Shown here one piece after another: positions 44,970 to 54,794 of a stretch of 64,000 nt of DNA. The position numbers and the translations under genes are program-made. The notes beneath the pieces are model-generated. The model was not told the origin of the DNA, did no database searches, and saw only the letters and a list, made by a program, of their open reading frames with translations. The stretch covers positions 96,001 through 160,000 of the forward strand of contig CAWIYV010000001.1 of assembly GCA_963840455.1 (NCBI GenBank), given 5' to 3'. This DNA comes from Nitrospirota bacterium. Lineage in GTDB: Bacteria; Nitrospirota; UBA9217. Position 1 is the first letter of the stretch; every line of letters starts with the position of its first letter.

Positions 44970-46811
44970 TCAGAAGGAGAACGATAAACCGCCGCGCACC
45001 TCCCGGGGAGGCATGGGATAGCCCTGAACAGTTTCATATTTTCTATCGAAGATGTTCGTCATAGCAAAATAGACCTCGGCACTTTTCCACTGGCTCAGTT
45101 TTTCCGCGATCTTCGCGTCATAGACCGAATAATGCCATACCGCCTCGCCGGGCCTCACGTAATTCTCTACCGCCCGGCCCTCCACGGTTAGATAGGTGTT
45201 CTTCTCCGGGAACACCGTCACGGCGCCTTTCAACTGTTTCTTCGGTATTGTGTAATATATCTTCTCTCCCGTGACCTCGTCAACAGGGTTTATGTACGTA
45301 TAGTTCGCCAGAAGAGTAATAACCGAGGCGATTCTGTACGTGGCCTCGGCCTCGTACCCACGGATGTGCGCCTTGCCTATGTTCTCGACCTGCATGGGGA
45401 ATACAGACCAGTTCCACTGGATGAGGTCTGCCACCCTGCGGTCGAAACCGGCAATCTTGACGGTGATCTCCTTGCTCAGTTGCTGTTCCACGCTCCCCTC
45501 ATATTCTTTCGCGGACTCGGGCTTCAGGCTCGGATTCCCGACCGCCCAGGACGTATTGAAATAAAGGTCATTGAACGTCGGGGCCCGGAAGCTCTTTCCG
45601 TAGGACGCGCGGAAGATGGTCCCGGTGCTCTTGAGGGAATACCGGCCGCTGACCTTGGGGCTGAACTTGTTCCCGTAAACGGAGTGGTCATCCTCCCGGC
45701 CGCCGACCACTATGATGAAGGGCTCGCCGATGCTGATCTCGTCCTGGAAGTAAAATGCATTCAGGGACGCTGCATGCTCCGCGGTCCCGTTCAGGGCATC
45801 GAAGCTGTTCAGCCGGTCCCGCCGTGTCTCATAGCCGGCCGTCAGCTGGTTCCACGAGGCGATAAGCCAGGTCAGTTGGGCCTCGCCCCCGTCGCTCGTT
45901 GTCTCGTAGTAATTGTTAGTCGGCGGATCCTGGAACCCCAGATCGTCCTGCTTACGGTAACCGGAGAGCCTGAGGTCGAACGATTGCCCGAACCGTGTCC
46001 GGTATGCGCCGCTGTATACCTGGTTCCGCTCCGACTGCCGGGCATTCGGTGTGGCCAACGGGACCCCGAGAAAAGTCAAGGTCGATCCCGGAGATCCGAC
46101 ATCCTCGGAGAGATAGTTAGCGGCGAATTCGAGCGACGAGGTTTTGGACAGTTCGTAACCCACCTTGCCGTTGAAGACCCACCGGTAGAGGTCGCCGTTC
46201 ACCCGATAGCCGTCTGAGGTCTCGCGTTTGCCTGCAACAGCATAGTACCATTCGCCTTTCCTTCCCTCTCCGCCGAGGTGGATAGAGTCATATCCGTGGC
46301 TCCCGGCAGAAGCGATGATGCTGCTCCTGTCCCCCTGCGGTTTCCTGGTGATAATGTTGATGACCCCGCCGACCGCATCGGAACCATAGAGGGCAGATGA
46401 CGGTCCTCTGACGATCTCGATCCGCTCGATGTCCTCCACGGACACCGGGAGAAAGGAGAGGTCGAATCCGCCGTCGCGGGACGAGTTCATGCGGATGCCG
46501 TCCAGGAGCACGAGCACCTGGGCGGAGGATGCCCCCCGGATGCTCATCGACTCGACAGACCCCGGCGTTCCAAAGTTCGCGATGTGTACGCTAGCCGCGT
46601 TCTGGACCGCTGTGGCAACGTCGGTCGCCCCCGACTTCCTGATCTCATCTCCGGTGATGACCGTCACCGACTGCGTCACGTCCTTGAGTTCCTTTTCCGT
46701 CTTTGTGGCCGTTACGACGACCTCGTCCAGCCTGACGTTGGCCTGTTGGGCCTGCAAGCCGGTCGGCATCACGACCGCCCATATTGAAGCAGCAAGAGCT
46801 ATCCGTTTCAT
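44970..46811 (-). CDS. btuB: TonB-dependent receptor, probable cobalamin receptor
   Basis: DEVVVTA TonB box, IERIEIVRGPSSALYGSDAVGGVINIIT, C-terminal Phe; preceded by a B12 riboswitch. Confidence 0.85.
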   Translation of the reverse strand: MKRIALAASIWAVVMPTGLQAQQANVRLDEVVVTATKTEKELKDVTQSVTVITGDEIRKSGATDVATAVQNAASVHIANFGTPGSVESMSIRGASSAQVLVLLDGIRMNSSRDGGFDLSFLPVSVEDIERIEIVRGPSSALYGSDAVGGVINIITRKPQGDRSSIIASAGSHGYDSIHLGGEGRKGEWYYAVAGKRETSDGYRVNGDLYRWVFNGKVGYELSKTSSLEFAANYLSEDVGSPGSTLTFLGVPLATPNARQSERNQVYSGAYRTRFGQSFDLRLSGYRKQDDLGFQDPPTNNYYETTSDGGEAQLTWLIASWNQLTAGYETRRDRLNSFDALNGTAEHAASLNAFYFQDEISIGEPFIIVVGGREDDHSVYGNKFSPKVSGRYSLKSTGTIFRASYGKSFRAPTFNDLYFNTSWAVGNPSLKPESAKEYEGSVEQQLSKEITVKIAGFDRRVADLIQWNWSVFPMQVENIGKAHIRGYEAEATYRIASVITLLANYTYINPVDEVTGEKIYYTIPKKQLKGAVTVFPEKNTYLTVEGRAVENYVRPGEAVWHYSVYDAKIAEKLSQWKSAEVYFAMTNIFDRKYETVQGYPMPPREVRGGLSFSF

Positions 46812-46839
46812 CTATCATGTCTCCTTCTTTCGAGGTTGT

Positions 46840-46982
46840 GGGAATGAGCCGTCTCCTGGCTGAGGACATCCTACTCTCCGGCCTTCCCATCCCGCTCGCG
46901 GGACAGTGGCTTGTCCGGATTTCGTTTCCATCACAGTTGCGTGACAGCGGGGGATTCCCACCCCCTTCCGCTTCTCATTCCC
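46840..46982 (-). ncRNA. cobalamin riboswitch (upstream of btuB)
   Basis: P1 GGGAAUGAG/CUCAUUCCC, CGGAA, GCAACUGUGA, GCCACUG, GGGAAGG, AGCCAGGAGAC B12 box. Confidence 0.88.
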
Positions 46983-47092
46983 TCTTGTATCCCGTCTTCC
47001 CTGTTTCCCTTGTCCATCCTGATCCTGTTCCTGCTGACGATCACCTCCTGAGTGGTGCCATGGGTCCTCTGTTCGCGCGAACAAGTCCATCT

Positions 47093-47866
47093 TCAGAACC
47101 ACTTTTCGTGCGTAATATACATTCCATGCTCGGCCTTCCGCAGCTCGATCGACACATCAAAAGCGTCACGGATCATCGGCCCGGTCAAGACGACATCCGG
47201 TGCCCCGATGCCGAGCACCGCGCCGTTCTTGATCACCATGACCTTCTCGAACTGCAGCGCCACATTGATGTCATGGAGCGCCATGACGACGGAAATGCCC
47301 TTCTGTTCCTGCAGCCGCCGCAGCAGCCGCAGGAACTCGATCTGGTACCTTATGTCCAGGTTCGCCAGCGGTTCATCGAGCAGCAGGATCCCCGCGCCCT
47401 GGATCAGCGTCATGGCAATGAACACCCTCCTGCGCTCCCCGCCGCTCAAGTTCGTCACGTAGACGTCCGCCTTGTCCAGAAGCCCTACGGTGTCCATCGC
47501 TTCATCAACGGTCATCGCCGGAGGGATATCGTAGGGGTACATCCCCATGCCCACGATCTCCCGGACCGTGAACGGCACGCTTACATCCAGATGCTGGGGA
47601 AAGTAGCACAGGAGTTTCGCCCGGTCCTTGTTCCGGTATGCGGCCAGCGGCTTGTCCCAGAGCCTTACGGTCCCGGTGTCCGGCCGAACCATGCCCGCGG
47701 CAAGCTTCAGGATAGTGGATTTGCCGGAACCGTTCGCGCCCAGAAGTCCGATGAACTCTCCCCCCCCGATGGCGAAGGCAAGGTCATCGATGATCCGTCC
47801 GGCGCCGGGATATCGGAAGGACACCCGGTCGAGCTCGAGAATGGGGCCGCTATACGCCGAGAACAT
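47093..47866 (-). CDS. btuD: cobalamin/iron-chelate ABC transporter ATPase
   Basis: GANGSGKST, LSGGE, LLLDEP, LHD. Confidence 0.85.
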   Translation of the reverse strand: MFSAYSGPILELDRVSFRYPGAGRIIDDLAFAIGGGEFIGLLGANGSGKSTILKLAAGMVRPDTGTVRLWDKPLAAYRNKDRAKLLCYFPQHLDVSVPFTVREIVGMGMYPYDIPPAMTVDEAMDTVGLLDKADVYVTNLSGGERRRVFIAMTLIQGAGILLLDEPLANLDIRYQIEFLRLLRRLQEQKGISVVMALHDINVALQFEKVMVIKNGAVLGIGAPDVVLTGPMIRDAFDVSIELRKAEHGMYITHEKWF

Positions 47867-48815
47867 CTTTTTTCCTTAACAGATAGAGAAAATACGGCGC
47901 GCCGATCACCGCGGTCACGGTCCCGGACGGAAGTTCCAGGGGCGGCATCAGCGACCTTCCGATCAGGTCCGCAAAGCACAGGAACGCCCCGCCTGCGACC
48001 GCTGAAGCCGGCACGAGGAGCCTGCTGTCGGCTCCGAGCAGGAAGCGCACGATGTGCGGCATCAGGAGCCCGATGAAACCGATGGTCCCTCCCAGAGACA
48101 CTGACGCCGATGTCATGAGCGCCATCGCCGCGAAGAGAATGAGCCGTTCCCGCTGAACGGCGAATCCGAGACTGTAGGCGAATTCGTCGCCCAGGATCAG
48201 TGCGTTCAACGCCTTGGAGCGGAAGAGCGCAATGCCGAGGCCAATGATGATGAAAACGGACGCCGAAGGGATCAGCGTCCAGTCCGCCATGGAGAGGTCG
48301 CCGAACATCCAAAGGACCGCCCGCCGAAGACCCTCGTCGCTCGACAGGGACATGAGCAGCATCAGAACAGCGCTGAACAGGAAGTTCAATCCGATGCCGG
48401 CAAGCAGGAGACGTTCGGGCCAGAGACCGCCGCGCTTCCAGCCGAACGCCCCAACGAGGATGCTGACGAGCGAGGCGCCGATGAACGCCGATACAGGCAC
48501 GCTCGATCCGCCGAAGACATAGAAACCCGCAAGAAGGCCGAGGGCTGCTGCAAGGGACGCGCCGCTGGAGATCCCCAGGATATAAGGGTCAGCCAGCGGG
48601 TTACGCAGGACGCCCTGCAATATGGCGCCGGAAGCGCCCAGGGCCATACCCATCAGCAGCGCGACCGCCACGCGCGGCAGCCGTATGGAGAGCAGGATCT
48701 CGCGCTCCATGTCCGTCATGGCAAGAGGATTGATCGTCCGGGGACCGGCGTACAAGGCCAGGACCAGGATGGCCGCGGCCATGAGCAGAAAGAGAGTGAT
48801 CCTTACTTTATGCAT
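47850..48815 (-). CDS. btuC: FecCD/BtuC family ABC permease
   Basis: IRLPR, RNPLADPYILGISSGA, IGFIGL..PH. Confidence 0.88.
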   Translation of the reverse strand: MHKVRITLFLLMAAAILVLALYAGPRTINPLAMTDMEREILLSIRLPRVAVALLMGMALGASGAILQGVLRNPLADPYILGISSGASLAAALGLLAGFYVFGGSSVPVSAFIGASLVSILVGAFGWKRGGLWPERLLLAGIGLNFLFSAVLMLLMSLSSDEGLRRAVLWMFGDLSMADWTLIPSASVFIIIGLGIALFRSKALNALILGDEFAYSLGFAVQRERLILFAAMALMTSASVSLGGTIGFIGLLMPHIVRFLLGADSRLLVPASAVAGGAFLCFADLIGRSLMPPLELPSGTVTAVIGAPYFLYLLRKKDVLGV

Positions 48816-49633
48816 GCCGCCAGTTCCTCGATCCCCTGCACGACCCGCGGGCCGAGCCGGTAGAGACTATCACTGACATAGCAGACCTTGTTGTTCCTGA
48901 CCGCGGGCACGGTCGCGAGCTTTTTCAGGATGCCCTGGGACACGGCCTGCATGTCCATCCCCGACCCCTTGCCGATGAACACAACCTCCGGCGCCTGACG
49001 GATGAGCTCTTCGATCGAAAACCGCGGATAGGCCGTCCTGGCGCCCGCTGCCGCGTTGTTCATGCCGAGCAGTGTGATCGCGTCATCGATCGCGGTTCCC
49101 GGGCCCGCTACCAGCAGGGGTTCCGGCCAGACGATGTACAGTACCTTCAAGCGCCGGGAAGACCGGTCCTTGACCAGCGAACGTTGTATCCCTGTTTCTA
49201 TCTCTCCAGCCAGTTTCTCACCGCGTGCCTGCGCATTGATGACCGACGCGAGCGCCCTGATGCCGTCAGGCAGTTCCGAAAGCTTCCGCGCGGTCCATAC
49301 GTAGGTGCGAAGCCCCATCGTCCGCAGCCGCTCGTCGACCTCCTGCGGGTTGCCGTCGGTGGTCATGACCACCAGGTCGGGCTTGAGCGCCACGATCGCT
49401 TCGAGCGACGGATTGGACAGCCCGCCGATCTTCTGTTTTTTCTTTGCCTCCTCCGGATGGTCGCAGAAACTGGTCACGCCGATGATCCGGTCCCCTGCAC
49501 CGAGTGCGAAGAGGATCTCCGTCGTCGCCGGGGACAGGGAGATGATGCGAGCAGGGGGCAATGCAGGTTCACCGGCATAGGATGACGGGGAGGCGTACAT
49601 AAGGAAGAAGAGCGTAATAAATAGTTTATGCAT
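48803..49633 (-). CDS. btuF: cobalamin-binding periplasmic protein
   Basis: RIISLSPATTEILFALG, CDHP, SLEAIVALKPDLV, YRLGPR; start 49633 or 49651. Confidence 0.85.
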   Translation of the reverse strand: MHKLFITLFFLMYASPSSYAGEPALPPARIISLSPATTEILFALGAGDRIIGVTSFCDHPEEAKKKQKIGGLSNPSLEAIVALKPDLVVMTTDGNPQEVDERLRTMGLRTYVWTARKLSELPDGIRALASVINAQARGEKLAGEIETGIQRSLVKDRSSRRLKVLYIVWPEPLLVAGPGTAIDDAITLLGMNNAAAGARTAYPRFSIEELIRQAPEVVFIGKGSGMDMQAVSQGILKKLATVPAVRNNKVCYVSDSLYRLGPRVVQGIEELAACIK

Positions 49634-49703
49634 TTGGCCGTCCATCTTCATTGGTGGAAGTGGTTTTCACGTTCCTCTGCGTCCACTGCGGTGAACGAGG
49701 TGC

Positions 49704-49742
49704 AAATAAAAATCCCCAGCCTTCTTGGGAAGACTGGGGATT
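49704..49742 (-). terminator. riboswitch-controlled intrinsic terminator
   Basis: minus strand AATCCCCAGTCTTC-CCAA-GAAGGCTGGGGATT followed by a T run. Confidence 0.85.
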
Positions 49743-49794
49743 AAGGTACACATTAACCCACACATGATCTTAACGCCGAAGACTGTGCGAGAAA

Positions 49795-49958
49795 CATCCA
49801 GGCAGGTCTTCTGGCTCTCCCCCTTCTGCCAGCCTTCCCAGTCATGCGCTGCATGACCAGTGGCCTCTATCGACAGATGGTTGGCCTTGCTTGCGCAAGG
49901 CCGGGATCACAGCGGCGGGTCCGCTCCCGGTTCTCACGGGATTCCCTTCGCCTGGATG
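49795..49958 (-). ncRNA. cobalamin riboswitch (upstream of btuF)
   Basis: P1 CAUCCAGGC/GCCUGGAUG, AGGGAAU, CCCGCCGCUGUGA, GCCACUGG, GGGAAGG, AGCCAGAAGACCUG. Confidence 0.92.
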
Positions 49959-49981
49959 AGTTCATATTGAGTTGTGACTTT

Positions 49982-50010
49982 CTTATATCATCCCCCGCGA
50001 CAAAAGTCAA
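49982..50010 (-). promoter_or_regulatory. sigma70-type promoter of the btu operon
   Basis: TTGACT-17 nt-TATAAG. Confidence 0.65.
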
Positions 50011-50071
50011 TCCGTTTGTCTTTCTGCTTCCCGCGTTGTTTTTTTTATTTATTATGGTATAATCTGCTCCG

Positions 50072-50149
50072 TTGAATATCCCTGCAGCAGCTTGCGGGGA
50101 ATCATCGATCCTCAAGGAAGTATCATCATCCTAATCGCCCCTTGGTTCA
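50072..50149 (+). repeat. internally deleted copy of the ~115-bp element, upstream of prfB
   Basis: TTGAA..CCCTGCAGCAGCTTGCGGGGAATCATCGATCCTCAAGG..CTAATCGC matches 51455ff; second hairpin missing. Confidence 0.75.
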
Positions 50150-50172
50150 TACCACGGAATGGGAGACAGGTC

Positions 50173-51298
50173 ATGCTGCTCGACGAACTGAAACAGGATC
50201 TTGCCACGGTCAAGGACCGGATAGAATCCCTCCGGAGGCATCTTTGACACCCCTGCCAAGGAAGCCCGTCTCAACGACCTCACCCGCCTGTTAGAAGCAC
50301 CCGATTTTTGGAACAATCAGGACAAGGCGAACACCACGCTCAAAGAGAAGGCCGCGATCGAGCGGTCGCTTCGGGACATGGCCTCCCTTGCCCAGCGCCT
50401 GGGCGACCTGGAGGCCATGATGGAGCTTGCCTCTGAAGAGGGGGGGGAGGCCATGGTCGAGGAACTTGCGCGGGAGACCGCCGTGATCCAGAGCGATATC
50501 TCCCGGTCCGAGATAGCCGCCCTCCTGTCGGAAGAGCTCGACATGGTCAATGCCATTGTCTCGATCCACCCGGGAGCAGGCGGGGTCGAGGCCCAGGACT
50601 GGGCCGAGATGCTGATGCGCATGTACCTCCGGTGGGCCGAAAAGAGCGGTTTCGGAAGGGATATCCTCGACTATCAGGCCGGTGAGGAGGCGGGTGTGAA
50701 GTCCGTGACCTTTACCGTGTCCGGCGACTATGCCTACGGCAAGCTCAAGGCCGAAGCGGGCGTCCACCGGCTGGTGCGGATCTCCCCCTTCGATGCCAAC
50801 AAACGGCGTCATACGTCCTTTGCTTCGGTCTATGTGTACCCTGAAGTGAAGGAGGACATCGATATCACCATCGATGAGAAGGACCTCCGTATCGACACCT
50901 ACCGCGCGTCCAGCGCCGGCGGCCAGCATGTGAACAAGACGGATTCCGCGGTCCGCATTACCCACCTCCCCACGAACATCGTGGTCCAGTGCCAGAACGA
51001 ACGGTCCCAGCTCAAGAACAAGAACGTCGCCATGAAGGTCCTCCGCTCTCGGCTCTACGAGCTGAGGAAGAAGGAACAGGACGAAAAGCTCGGCAAGGTC
51101 GTGAGCGAGAAGAAGGACATCGCCTGGGGCAGCCAGATCCGGTCCTACGTGTTCCAGCCCTATCAGCTGGTCAAGGACCACCGTACCGGCATGGAGACGG
51201 GCAATGTGAACGCCGTGATGGACGGCGAGATCGAGCACTTCATCGAGGCGTATCTGATGGGGAGGAAAGCAACGGGAGAGGGAAAGGACCTGGAGTAG
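50173..51298 (+). CDS. prfB: peptide chain release factor 2 with programmed +1 frameshift
   Basis: GGAGG-CAT-CTT-TGA-C slip site at 50234..50248; SPF and GGQ motifs in the +1 frame. Confidence 0.97.
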
Positions 51299-51454
51299 AG
51301 GATGGTCCGAAATCAGCCATGATGCAGCCAAAAAGCTGCCGCATGGCGGTCTTCGTACGGATGGGACTGGAGGTTCATTCCAGGAGGATAGTTGCTTCGA
51401 TCATTTGCTTATCTGCTCCTGGTCCGCGTGACGTCTTAGGTCCGTCATATTCTA

Positions 51455-51570
51455 TTGAAGCTCCCTGCAGCAAGCTGCAGGGAATCTTCGATCCTCAAGG
51501 TAAAACTATTTATTCTAATCGCTCGCTAACCCCGCAGCAAGCTACGGGGAATGCGCTCGCTCCTGGATTC
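51455..51570 (+). repeat. ~115-bp double-hairpin repeat element, copy 2
   Basis: CCCTGCAGCAAGCTGCAGGG ... CCCCGCAGCAAGCTACGGGG ... GCGCTCGCTCCTGGATTC. Confidence 0.85.
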
Positions 51571-51600
51571 GAAAATCCTCACCCCTCGCTCCGAACTGAT

Positions 51601-53406
51601 CTAAAGCCTCGCTATCTGCTGACCCCGCGATTCAACGTATTTTTTGACCCCCTCGAAGAGCGCCTCGGCAAGGTTCTGACGGTAGGCTTCCTTCTTTAAG
51701 AGCGTTTCCTCATCCGGATTACTGATGAATCCCACCTCCGCCAGTATGCTCGGCATCTCCGTGTTGATCAACACATAGAAGAACGCACGCTTCACCTTCA
51801 GATCGACCACCTTCTTCTGCGTCCTTTTCACATTGCTGATGAGCGCTCCCTGGACGGCATGGGCAAGCTGGAGAGACTCTTCCTGCTTGTCATCAGTGCG
51901 GAGGTCCTTCAGGATACGGTCGAGCTCGTTTCCCAACTGGCTCAGCGTCTTGCTGGATGTGGCGTTCTCGAAGGCCGCCGTTGCCATGGCGTCCCGGTCG
52001 GAAGCACGCAGGCTCTGGATGTAGGTCTCGATGCCCCGCGCCTTCCTCTTGCGGTTGGCATTCACGTGGATCGACACGAACAGGTCGGCGCCTTTCGATT
52101 TTGCGATGAACGGCCGTTGCTCGAGCTCGATGAAGACATCACGGTCGCGCGTCATGACGACCTCGCAGCCCAGCCGCTCCTTCACGAGCACGGCGAGCCG
52201 CTTGGCCACATCGAGCGTGATGTTCTTTTCCTTCAGCCCGCTCTTGCCGATCGCACCGGGGTCCTTGCCGCCATGGCCTGCGTCAATGGCAATGGTCTTG
52301 ATCTTGAGCCCCAGCTGCCGCGACAGGGACAACTTGGGGTCTGCTTTCGTGGACCGCTCGGTCTTCGGCACCGGAGGCGAAGGCGCGGGGGGCGCCGGCG
52401 GCTCAGGCTTGGCCTCAGCCTCTTTGTCCACAGGCGCTGCGGAAGGGTTTTCCGTCCCCTGCTCTGCATCGGCCGCATCCCCCGTGACGTCGATCACGAG
52501 CCGTTCAGGCTCGTGGAGCGGAAAGGCCGCATAGCTCTTGAGGCTCGCGAGGTCCAGCACCACGCGGACCGTGTCCGGCGCGTACTGGCTCGTACGCACC
52601 TGTTTCAGGATCCCGTCGTTCACGGGCAGCGGGTCCTTTTCAACGGAATCGTCCACCCGCGCGCCGAGGATGTCGAACACCAGACGGTCCGGGTTCTTGA
52701 GCTCGTGGGCCTGGAACTTGAGCATCCGGTCCTGGTCGATCACAATACGGGTATAGGCGCCGCCGGACCAGTACCGTACGTTCGTGACAATGCCCGCTTC
52801 CTTCGGCTTGCCCGGTGCCGCGATGATCGTTTCGGGCATTTTGCGGATCTCCGGCTCTTTCTTCTTTTTCTTGCTGTTCCGGGCCATGACCTTGATGCCA
52901 AGGCGCGCCTTTGCCTTATCGGTCCATGAGCTTGCAGGATAGGCCTCCGCCAGCTTCTTATAGGTATCCATTGCCGAAGCAGTGTCCTTCTTCTGCTCCT
53001 TGGCAATGATGATCACGCGGTAGAGGGCTTCAGGTGCACGGTCGTGTTTTGGATAGGATGCCTGGCACCTTGCGAATGAACGGGAGGCCTCGTTGAGGTC
53101 CTTGGACCAGCGGTTCAGCTGATATAGATCAAGATAGACCTCGGCGCGCTCGAAGCAGGAGTCCGCTGCGGAGGGGGTGGAGGGATATTTCTTTTCTACC
53201 AGCTCGAAGGTGCGGACGCAGTCCATCCAGTAGGAACGGTACTTTTTCTTTTTGGGGGATCGTTTTAGATCTGCGAGGCGCTCGCGGGCGACAGCAAGCT
53301 TGTGCCCGGCCTCGGTATTATAGGACGGGAAAGCATCGGCGGAGAACAGCAGCAGGAGTGTGCTTGCCAGGATGGCCGCCAGCAATGTACGGCCGCGTAT
53401 CACCAT
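51601..53406 (-). CDS. N-acetylmuramoyl-L-alanine amidase (TPR/BamD-like + AMIN + Amidase_3)
   Basis: IDAGHGGKDPGA, EKNITL, FVSIHVN, LAEVGFISN; AMIN NPDRLVFD; signal peptide from ATG 53406. Confidence 0.92.
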   Translation of the reverse strand: MVIRGRTLLAAILASTLLLLFSADAFPSYNTEAGHKLAVARERLADLKRSPKKKKYRSYWMDCVRTFELVEKKYPSTPSAADSCFERAEVYLDLYQLNRWSKDLNEASRSFARCQASYPKHDRAPEALYRVIIIAKEQKKDTASAMDTYKKLAEAYPASSWTDKAKARLGIKVMARNSKKKKKEPEIRKMPETIIAAPGKPKEAGIVTNVRYWSGGAYTRIVIDQDRMLKFQAHELKNPDRLVFDILGARVDDSVEKDPLPVNDGILKQVRTSQYAPDTVRVVLDLASLKSYAAFPLHEPERLVIDVTGDAADAEQGTENPSAAPVDKEAEAKPEPPAPPAPSPPVPKTERSTKADPKLSLSRQLGLKIKTIAIDAGHGGKDPGAIGKSGLKEKNITLDVAKRLAVLVKERLGCEVVMTRDRDVFIELEQRPFIAKSKGADLFVSIHVNANRKRKARGIETYIQSLRASDRDAMATAAFENATSSKTLSQLGNELDRILKDLRTDDKQEESLQLAHAVQGALISNVKRTQKKVVDLKVKRAFFYVLINTEMPSILAEVGFISNPDEETLLKKEAYRQNLAEALFEGVKKYVESRGQQIARL

Positions 53407-53449
53407 AATTTTCTGCTGTTTTTTAACCGAAATACGGGTGGATGTCAAT

Positions 53450-53479
53450 AAAAAAAGGCCCCGGTGCTTCGGGGCCTTT
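53450..53479 (-). terminator. intrinsic terminator after rplT
   Basis: AAAGGCCCCG-AAGCAC-CGGGGCCTTTTTTT. Confidence 0.85.
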
Positions 53480-53502
53480 GACCTTTTACTGCGGTTCACT
53501 GC

Positions 53503-53859
53503 CTACGCGGTCGCGGTCTTGGCGGATTCGGCAAGCTTGGTGAAACCCGCCGGATCGGATATGGCAAGGTCCGCGAGGATCTTGCGGTCCAGCGCCACAC
53601 CGTTCTTTGCCAGACCGGCGATGAACTTGCTGTAGGACAGTCCGTTCAGCCTGGCCGCCGCATTGATGCGCGCGATCCACAGCCGGCGGAAATCCCGCTT
53701 GCGGGCCTTGCGGTCCCGGTACGCATATTTCAGTGCATGGTCAACGGCTTCAGTAGCAGGGCGGAACAGCTTTGATTTTGCTCCCCAGTAACCCTCTGCT
53801 AGGTTGAGAACCCGCTTCCTTCTGGCCCGTGTTTTCGGGCCTCCTTTTGCTCTCGGCAT
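53503..53859 (-). CDS. rplT: 50S ribosomal protein L20
   Basis: [32 protein letters not shown]. Confidence 0.98.
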   Translation of the reverse strand: MPRAKGGPKTRARRKRVLNLAEGYWGAKSKLFRPATEAVDHALKYAYRDRKARKRDFRRLWIARINAAARLNGLSYSKFIAGLAKNGVALDRKILADLAISDPAGFTKLAESAKTATA

Positions 53860-53972
53860 TGTACTATCCTCCTCGTAAATAGATCCCTGCTCACCCGAAG
53901 GATTGGCGGGAGATCAGGATGCCTTTTCCCTGATGCTCTCCGCATCCTCTGCAGCTCATGGTAAATCAGTCC

Positions 53973-54179
53973 TTAGTTCCCGTACGGGAGCATCCGTTTG
54001 ATGTTCGTGAGATTGTCCTTGTTCACTTCCACCGAGCCGGTCAGCCGGCGTCTCCGGGTGGCGTTCTTGCCGGTCAGCAGATGGCCCTTCCAGCCCTTCC
54101 TCCGCATCACCTTGCCTGATCCGGTCACCTTCAGCCTCTTGGCGGCGCTCCGGTTCGTCTTCAATTTCATCTTTGCCAT
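53973..54179 (-). CDS. rpmI: 50S ribosomal protein L35
   Basis: KLKTNRSAAKRLKVTGSGK. Confidence 0.96.
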   Translation of the reverse strand: MAKMKLKTNRSAAKRLKVTGSGKVMRRKGWKGHLLTGKNATRRRRLTGSVEVNKDNLTNIKRMLPYGN

Positions 54180-54269
54180 GGTGCTCCCCTTTCCCTCACG
54201 TCTATGATAAGTCGCCGATAATAGTTACGGGACCCTTTGCCGGTCAGCTCTCTCAGGCCGGGCCCCGGA

Positions 54270-54788
54270 TCATTTCTGGGGTTTTGCTGCAAGCATCAGG
54301 TACATGTTCCTTCCTTCCATGCGCGGGTGCTGTTCAACGATGGCAACCTGCTCGAGGTCCTTCACGATGCGCTCAAGGAGCGCCCGCCCCTGCTCCGGAT
54401 GGGCCATTTCCCTGCCCCGGAACATGATGCTGACCTTCACCTTGTCGCCGCCTTCAAGGAAACGCTTGATGTTGTTCGTCTTGAACGCGATATCGTGGTC
54501 GTCGGTCCGCGGCCTGAGCTTGATCTCCTTGACGGCAATGACCGTCTGATGTTTCTTGGACTCATGGGCCTTTTTGTTCATCTCGTACTTGTACTTGCCG
54601 AAGTCCATGATTCGGCAGACCGGCGGGACCGCCGTCGGCGCCACTTCCACCAGGTCGAGCCCCGATTCCTCGGCCTTCTGGAGCGCCTCGCGGAGCAGCA
54701 TGACCCCGAGCTGCTCGCCTTCCGAAGCGATGACGCGCACCTCCCTGGCCCTGATCAAATGATTGATCCTTGTCGTTATCTTAGAAAT
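54270..54788 (-). CDS. infC: translation initiation factor IF-3, probable ATT start
   Basis: RIN..I...EVRVI, LDLVEVAP...PPVCRIMDFGK, KEIKLRP; SD AGGGGGTG 7 nt before ATT 54788, no ATG available. Confidence 0.95.
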   Translation of the reverse strand: MSKITTRINHLIRAREVRVIASEGEQLGVMLLREALQKAEESGLDLVEVAPTAVPPVCRIMDFGKYKYEMNKKAHESKKHQTVIAVKEIKLRPRTDDHDIAFKTNNIKRFLEGGDKVKVSIMFRGREMAHPEQGRALLERIVKDLEQVAIVEQHPRMEGRNMYLMLAAKPQK

Positions 54789-54794
54789 AAACAA

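Noticed and set aside
46815-47102. 95-aa ORF between btuD and btuB
   Set aside because: It runs through the cobalamin riboswitch and a low-complexity purine tract and has no recognisable motif.
50989-51699. 236-aa ORF downstream of prfB
   Set aside because: It is an alternative frame of prfB plus translation of the 115-bp repeat (EAPCSKLQGIFD).
53860-54269. L20 autoregulatory leader around rpmI
   Set aside because: Hairpins are present in both spacers but I cannot match them to a known leader by eye; needs a covariance search.
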